Below are positions 58,853 to 64,000 of a DNA stretch of 64,000 bases, in pieces. Position 1 is the stretch's first letter. Each line of letters opens with the position of its first letter. The stretch is from an archaeon. Its GTDB lineage: Archaea > Iainarchaeota > Iainarchaeia > Iainarchaeales > 0-14-0-20-34-12. The position numbers and the translations under genes were made by a program. The stretch lies in assembly GCA_038046645.1 (NCBI GenBank), contig JBBSVU010000006.1, positions 10,304 to 74,303 on the forward strand, written 5' to 3'. Under the pieces are notes generated by a model, which saw nothing but the letters and a program-made list of their open reading frames with translations, did no database searches and was not told where the DNA came from.

Positions 58853-61800
58853 ATGGTTATAAATAATTCACAGACTGTTGGCACAGTAATTTCAGCAATA
58901 AATTCCCCAAACCCTAGTTCTGCAGATTTTGTTGTTACCTCTGGCTTAATACACAGAGGGCAATTTGTTGAAATAGAAAATCCATCAGGCAATTTTATTG
59001 CCTTGGTAATGGACGTATATAAAACAAACAAATATTTTGAAAGGGCTGACTCAGTAAAAGAATTTGAATCAAAAGGCCAAGCATTATTTGAACAGTTTCC
59101 TGTACACGAATGGGAATACCTTGTCGCAAATACAAAACCTTTAGGTGTGTACTCTGGCGACAATTTCTACAGGCCAAGCTTTCCTCCATCCCCAGGATCA
59201 AAGGTAAGGATTGCTGATTCTGAAAAATTAAAAAAATTCTTCCATTTTGATGAATCTGGCTTGCATTTAGGCAATGTTGAATACCATGATTTATCTGTTA
59301 AACTGAATCTGTCAAGGATGTTGAAGAAACACCTAGCAATTTTAGCTATGTCTGGTTCGGGAAAATGCGGTGATTACAATCTTGAAATATTGTTGAGTAA
59401 TGGCAGGACAATTAAGCTTGGTGAGCTTGTTGACAACCATTTGAAAAATAAAAAAGTAATTGAAGATAATGTCGAGGTCTGTGATGTTAATCCAAATAAC
59501 TTAAAAGTAATTTCCATAGGTAAAGATAATCAACCAATAACCTCTGAAATTAAGGCGTTTATGAGGAGGAAGGCCCCAAAAAAGATGTTTAGAATCAGGA
59601 CAAGAACAGGCAAACAATTATTGATTACTCCAGAGCACCCAATACCGATTCTAAATGAACAAATAAATTGGATTCAAGCTAAAAATCTTGCTAAAAAAGA
59701 TTACCTAATTACGACAATGCCCCTAATAGAGGGATCAGAACAAATAATTGATTTTGTCCAATTATGGAAGAATTCTTCTAAAGTCAGAGTTGATGATGAG
59801 CTTATTCTGGCTGAATTAAAATCTAAACTTTTTGAGAAATATTCAATAAAAGAGTTTTCAAAAATCATTAATATGACCCCCCAAAAACTACAATATTTAT
59901 TATCGCATTCAGGAGTTCCTTTGGATTATCTAAAATTAATTTGTAACAAATTAGGCGTGGATTTTTTGGAGATATGTTCAAAAATAAAAACATTAAAAGT
60001 ACTGTCTTCCAGAATCCCTGCAAAGGTTATTGTTGATGAAAAATTTGCAAGATTTATGGCTTATTTGTTAGCAGAAGGACATAATAGTGGTCAAACTATT
60101 ATTTTTACTAATAGCTCTACTTTAATTAGGGAAGATTTTAGCAATCTAACAAAATTATTTGGTGTTACTGCAAGCATTAATAGAAAGAGGGATATTGAAC
60201 TTAGAATTTATAACAAACTTTTAGCAGACAGTTTATTTAAGTTAGGTTTTACTGATTCTAGTTGGACCAAATATATTCCAGAGGAGATTCTATTAAGTAA
60301 AAAATCAGTTTTAGCAGCTTTTTTGGGTGCATTTATTGATTGTGATGGTTATGTTAGTTCTAAGAAATCACATATCGAAATAACGCTTGCCAGTAAACAG
60401 ATGTTAGACAACATAGAACAGATAGTTTTGCGATTTAAGTTAAATCCAATAAGAAAGATAAAAACAGTTAAAGGCAAACAATATGGCAGGTTATTTTTAG
60501 GCGGTGCGGATTATTTAACTATCCTAAATAATGAATTAACCCTTTTAATAGACTATAAAGCAAAAGCGCTTAAGGAATGTTCCTTAAAAAAACCAAATTC
60601 AAACATTAGGGTAATCCCCAACATTAAACATACTTTAGCTTTCCTACAAAATAAGCTTAATTTAACCCAAAGCCAATTTGTTAATATTGCTAATTATTTG
60701 TCGCGAGAGGAAAGGCATGATGATCCAACACCCACTTCGTTAAAATCTTTACTGAATGAATTTGAACATAATTATGAAAGTATTCAGAGTACCCTAGCTC
60801 AAACAAAAAAATTATTTTATGCTATGCCAAATTTAACTGAAGAAGATGCAAAAAAAATACTTGTAGATGCCTACTCTAAATATGATTTTAACAAAATTGC
60901 TAAAAATACAAATATTTCAAGCACTACCGCAAGAAGAGTAGTAAGAGGTTTAACCGAACCAAACCTAAATACCTTTTGCCTTGCTAAAAATGCCTTGGCT
61001 TTAGAAAATGAATCTGATTTAGGCATAGATGTAATTACTAATTTAGACTTTAAGCAACTAGCCAGTCAAATTAGGGTTTTGTGTAAAAATATTGGTTGTG
61101 AAATACAGGAGTTATGCAACAGAAGTGGGTTTAACGATCAATATTTGGATGGTTATTCTTACAATCCCTTAAATACAATAAGGTATTCAAATATCTACAA
61201 GGTTTTGTATAATCTCTTTATTATTTCATTAGATAAAGAAAAGCAATTGCCTGAAATTAGAGAGAAACTTGATTTTTTGCACACACTTATTTCTGATAGC
61301 TTATTTTTTGATGCAATTGAATCTGTTGAAGAGGTTGATTATGACAAAGAATATGTTTATGACTTATGTGTAAAAGAGCACAATTTTGTTGCAAATAATC
61401 TAATCATTCACAATAGTTTTTCAACAGCTTGTTTAATTGAAGAGCTCCTTAACCGGCAAAAAGAAAAAGGCAGGATTGCAATTGTTGTTTTAGACCCGCA
61501 TGGTGAATATTCCAGCTTTGCCCAGCCTGTGAAAGATGGCAAGTATGAGGATTTTTCTGACCGCACGAAAATCATTAAAGCCCAAAACATCAGAATAGCT
61601 GTGCCAAAAATGAGCGTTCATATGCTTTCTGGAATAATTCCTGGATTAACAATTCCGCAGAAAAGGGATTTAAGCAGGATTTTATCAAGCCTTAAAGAAG
61701 ATATGTATCGCGGCTTAGGGCCTTTTGATTGGTCACATGTAAAAGATGCAATTTTGAAAGATGACAATATAAAGCAAAATTCAAAATTCCCTTTAATGGG

Positions 61801-62449
61801 CTGGATTGATGATCTAATGTCCTATAACTTATTTGCGAGGACAGATATGCCTGCTGTTTCTGAATTAATTAAACCAGGAACATTAACAATACTTGATTTT
61901 TCAGACATAGTGAACATGAAAAAGAAGCAGATGATTGTAAGTTATTTTGCAAACAAGCTGTTTGATGAAAGAAAATCAAATGTAATTCCCCCGACACTTT
62001 TAATTGTGGAGGAAGCTCATCAATGGTGTCCGCAGATGGCATCAGAAGAATCAGCTATTTCCCGTTCCATTCTGCGAACAATTGCAAGGGAAGGAAGAAA
62101 ATTTGGAATGTCCCTTTGCATAATTTCTCAAAGGCCTGTTCAGCTTGATACCACAACACTTTCACAATGTTCCACTCATTTAATTTTGCGCATTACAAAC
62201 CCAAACGATTTGAAACACATAGCAGAATCATCAGAAGGAATTGACCAAAGAAGTTTTGGAATAATAAATTCCTTGCAGGTTGGGGAAGGATTGCTTGTTG
62301 GGGAAGCAACAGGCTATCCATTATTTTTTAAGGTAAGGTATAGGAAATCAATGCCAAGCAAGCATGAAATTTCCCTAGAAGATGCAGCTTTGAAATTTGA
62401 AAGCTCTGCAGATAAAACAAAGGCTGAAACCGAGGGATTTTTGGAATAA
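58853..62449 (+). CDS. herA: HerA helicase/ATPase containing an intein
   Basis: HLAILAMSGSGK|S, DPHGEY, VEEAH, AREGRKFG, SQRP; 515-aa extein. Confidence 0.93.
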   Translation: MVINNSQTVGTVISAINSPNPSSADFVVTSGLIHRGQFVEIENPSGNFIALVMDVYKTNKYFERADSVKEFESKGQALFEQFPVHEWEYLVANTKPLGVYSGDNFYRPSFPPSPGSKVRIADSEKLKKFFHFDESGLHLGNVEYHDLSVKLNLSRMLKKHLAILAMSGSGKCGDYNLEILLSNGRTIKLGELVDNHLKNKKVIEDNVEVCDVNPNNLKVISIGKDNQPITSEIKAFMRRKAPKKMFRIRTRTGKQLLITPEHPIPILNEQINWIQAKNLAKKDYLITTMPLIEGSEQIIDFVQLWKNSSKVRVDDELILAELKSKLFEKYSIKEFSKIINMTPQKLQYLLSHSGVPLDYLKLICNKLGVDFLEICSKIKTLKVLSSRIPAKVIVDEKFARFMAYLLAEGHNSGQTIIFTNSSTLIREDFSNLTKLFGVTASINRKRDIELRIYNKLLADSLFKLGFTDSSWTKYIPEEILLSKKSVLAAFLGAFIDCDGYVSSKKSHIEITLASKQMLDNIEQIVLRFKLNPIRKIKTVKGKQYGRLFLGGADYLTILNNELTLLIDYKAKALKECSLKKPNSNIRVIPNIKHTLAFLQNKLNLTQSQFVNIANYLSREERHDDPTPTSLKSLLNEFEHNYESIQSTLAQTKKLFYAMPNLTEEDAKKILVDAYSKYDFNKIAKNTNISSTTARRVVRGLTEPNLNTFCLAKNALALENESDLGIDVITNLDFKQLASQIRVLCKNIGCEIQELCNRSGFNDQYLDGYSYNPLNTIRYSNIYKVLYNLFIISLDKEKQLPEIREKLDFLHTLISDSLFFDAIESVEEVDYDKEYVYDLCVKEHNFVANNLIIHNSFSTACLIEELLNRQKEKGRIAIVVLDPHGEYSSFAQPVKDGKYEDFSDRTKIIKAQNIRIAVPKMSVHMLSGIIPGLTIPQKRDLSRILSSLKEDMYRGLGPFDWSHVKDAILKDDNIKQNSKFPLMGWIDDLMSYNLFARTDMPAVSELIKPGTLTILDFSDIVNMKKKQMIVSYFANKLFDERKSNVIPPTLLIVEEAHQWCPQMASEESAISRSILRTIAREGRKFGMSLCIISQRPVQLDTTTLSQCSTHLILRITNPNDLKHIAESSEGIDQRSFGIINSLQVGEGLLVGEATGYPLFFKVRYRKSMPSKHEISLEDAALKFESSADKTKAETEGFLE
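59366..61414 (+). mobile_element. 683-aa intein with LAGLIDADG homing endonuclease
   Basis: N-terminal Cys, TPEHP block B, MAYLLAEG and FLGAFIDCDG motifs, VYDL...HN|S C-terminus. Confidence 0.95.
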
Positions 62450-62465
62450 TCATCAACTTGCCTAT

Positions 62466-63101
62466 TTATTTCCTTAATTCTTTAATAATCTGGTCCCTGG
62501 CCTGAATGCATGCGTTTTTGCATTCTTCATTTAATGGTGATGGAAGATTTCTGCTATCAACAATCTCCTTATCAGTTATTTTGCCAATTGCTGAAACAGC
62601 CCTAGTTATTCCTTCTTGGTATTCTGCTTCACTTTTACTTCTTAGCCCAAGCAAGTGTTTAAAACTCTCAATTGATCCAGTGCGGCTTCCAGTAATTGGT
62701 ACGGCATATTGCACTACAAAGTGGAGGCGCAAGCGTTCACCAGTGTGTTTGTTGCCATTTCTTATTGATTCAATGACTCTTTCTTTTGTTCCTAAATATA
62801 TTGGCCTTACTGCATCAACAATTGCATTTTCTGCATACAGCTCTAAAGCATCGCCATACCTTGCTTTTAAATCTTTCCAGAACCTGGCATAAATTGTTTC
62901 TAAACGTCTTAATTCACCTGTTCCCTGCTCTGGGGGAAGAGCACCTTCTTTAATCCAAACAAGCTGTTTTGCTAATTCTTCACTGCATTCTCTTTTCAAT
63001 TCCTTTAATGGCGGGCGCCGTATTGGAATAGCTTCATGGCTTTCAATAGACCTTCTTCGTGCCATATTCCAAGGAACTGGTTTTGCTGGTGCTTTTGGCA
63101 T
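62466..63101 (-). CDS. Basic orphan protein
   Basis: 211-aa ORF starting MPKAPAKPVPWNMARRR. Confidence 0.75.
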   Translation of the reverse strand: MPKAPAKPVPWNMARRRSIESHEAIPIRRPPLKELKRECSEELAKQLVWIKEGALPPEQGTGELRRLETIYARFWKDLKARYGDALELYAENAIVDAVRPIYLGTKERVIESIRNGNKHTGERLRLHFVVQYAVPITGSRTGSIESFKHLLGLRSKSEAEYQEGITRAVSAIGKITDKEIVDSRNLPSPLNEECKNACIQARDQIIKELRK

Positions 63102-63232
63102 AATATTTACTTCTTTAGAACTGTTTATATTTGTTATTATGTAGTAGAATGTGTTTCCTTTAGTTTATAACAAAAACTATCTTGATTTATTTTTTAGGAT
63201 TGTTTTTAATTGTTTTATGTGCTTATTTTTGT

Positions 63233-63901
63233 ATGCCTGTGAAGTTAAGAACCAGAACAATTAGATTTAGGGAACGGCAGGGCCAAGATACTTATTATTA
63301 TGAATTAATTAAGGAAAGAATAAAGCGCCGTTGGAGATATCGTATCCGTAAAGGATTAATGAAGGCAGCAGAATGCCATAGTGCAATATTTAACAGGTTG
63401 AAAAAATTAGGAATCCCAATATCTACTTTATATGATGTAAGAACCGGCGGGATGCAATATACTGCCAAGGATATGTCAAAAGGCGGCTATTTAAGGATAA
63501 TTAATGCATATGAAGCAACAATTGCAGCAAGAAAGCGTACAAAAAAATGGGCTGATGCATCTGCCTACTGGAAAGACAACCCTATCTCGAATATGCGCAG
63601 CATTGTTTCAGGCATTACTAGGGATTTGGCAATAATGCACAAAAATGGCTTGTTTATTTCAGGGCGAAGAGTTGTTCTTGAACCTTGGCTTGTTTATTTT
63701 CGCGGAAAAGAAAATGAGAAGCAAAGAATTGCATCAAGGGCAATCACTGATGTCGGGTCAATACTTGAAACATCCAAAATGAGTATTAATGATATTTATG
63801 ATGCATATATGGATAATATTGAAGACCTACATATTAGTTTTCCTGAAGAATATCAAAGCCTTATTGATAAAACATATGCAAAATATTTTACTTCGGCCTA
63901 A
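63233..63901 (+). CDS. Basic orphan protein, kinase-fold-like (paralog of 57825-58715)
   Basis: LKKLGIPI, KDMSKGG, DLAIMHKNG, ITDVG. Confidence 0.65.
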   Translation: MPVKLRTRTIRFRERQGQDTYYYELIKERIKRRWRYRIRKGLMKAAECHSAIFNRLKKLGIPISTLYDVRTGGMQYTAKDMSKGGYLRIINAYEATIAARKRTKKWADASAYWKDNPISNMRSIVSGITRDLAIMHKNGLFISGRRVVLEPWLVYFRGKENEKQRIASRAITDVGSILETSKMSINDIYDAYMDNIEDLHISFPEEYQSLIDKTYAKYFTSA

Positions 63902-63963
63902 CCATCTAATTCAATGAAAAGGTCTTAGCTTAGCATTCAGGGGAAATGCCCCTAGAGGGAAAG

Positions 63964-63982
63964 TTCAGGGGAAATCTACTCT
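63964..63982 (+). promoter_or_regulatory. Conserved 19-bp box at the window edge, with a partial copy at 63936-63947
   Basis: TTCAGGGGAAATCTACTCT followed in register by TCTTTAAA. Confidence 0.72.
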
Positions 63983-64000
63983 CCTTCAATTTCTTTAAAT

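Overview
Chromosomal window from a low-GC archaeon. The archaeal information genes (TFE, RadA, RPA, S19e/L39e/L31e, aIF6, Rpp21, DnaG, Hjc, NurA/HerA), several bacterial-type metabolic and stress genes, and many basic orphan ORFs point to a DPANN lineage, possibly Iainarchaeota/Diapherotrites (inference). The window holds about 65 CDSs, 7 tRNAs (4 with BHB introns, one with two) and an SRP RNA; I found no rRNA or CRISPR array. Main observations: (1) a 19-bp box TTCAGGGGAAATCTACTCT at fixed spacing before the TATA boxes of radA, nurA, herA, a tRNA-overlapping LAGLIDADG gene and a gene beyond the window edge, a candidate DNA-repair regulon; (2) orphan proteins with Pro/Lys/Arg-rich leaders carrying sigma-70-like, kinase-like and methyltransferase-like domains; (3) a long RelA-like RSH next to a KaiC-like ATPase and a CBS-HPF hibernation factor; (4) a helically phased AGTAAT array next to a winged-helix gene; (5) a structured IS200/IS605-like miniature element in two copies with compensatory changes; (6) two paralogous cassettes of a regulator plus two membrane proteins; (7) a 683-aa intein in the HerA Walker A motif. 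All calls come from reading motifs by eye; no database searches were run.
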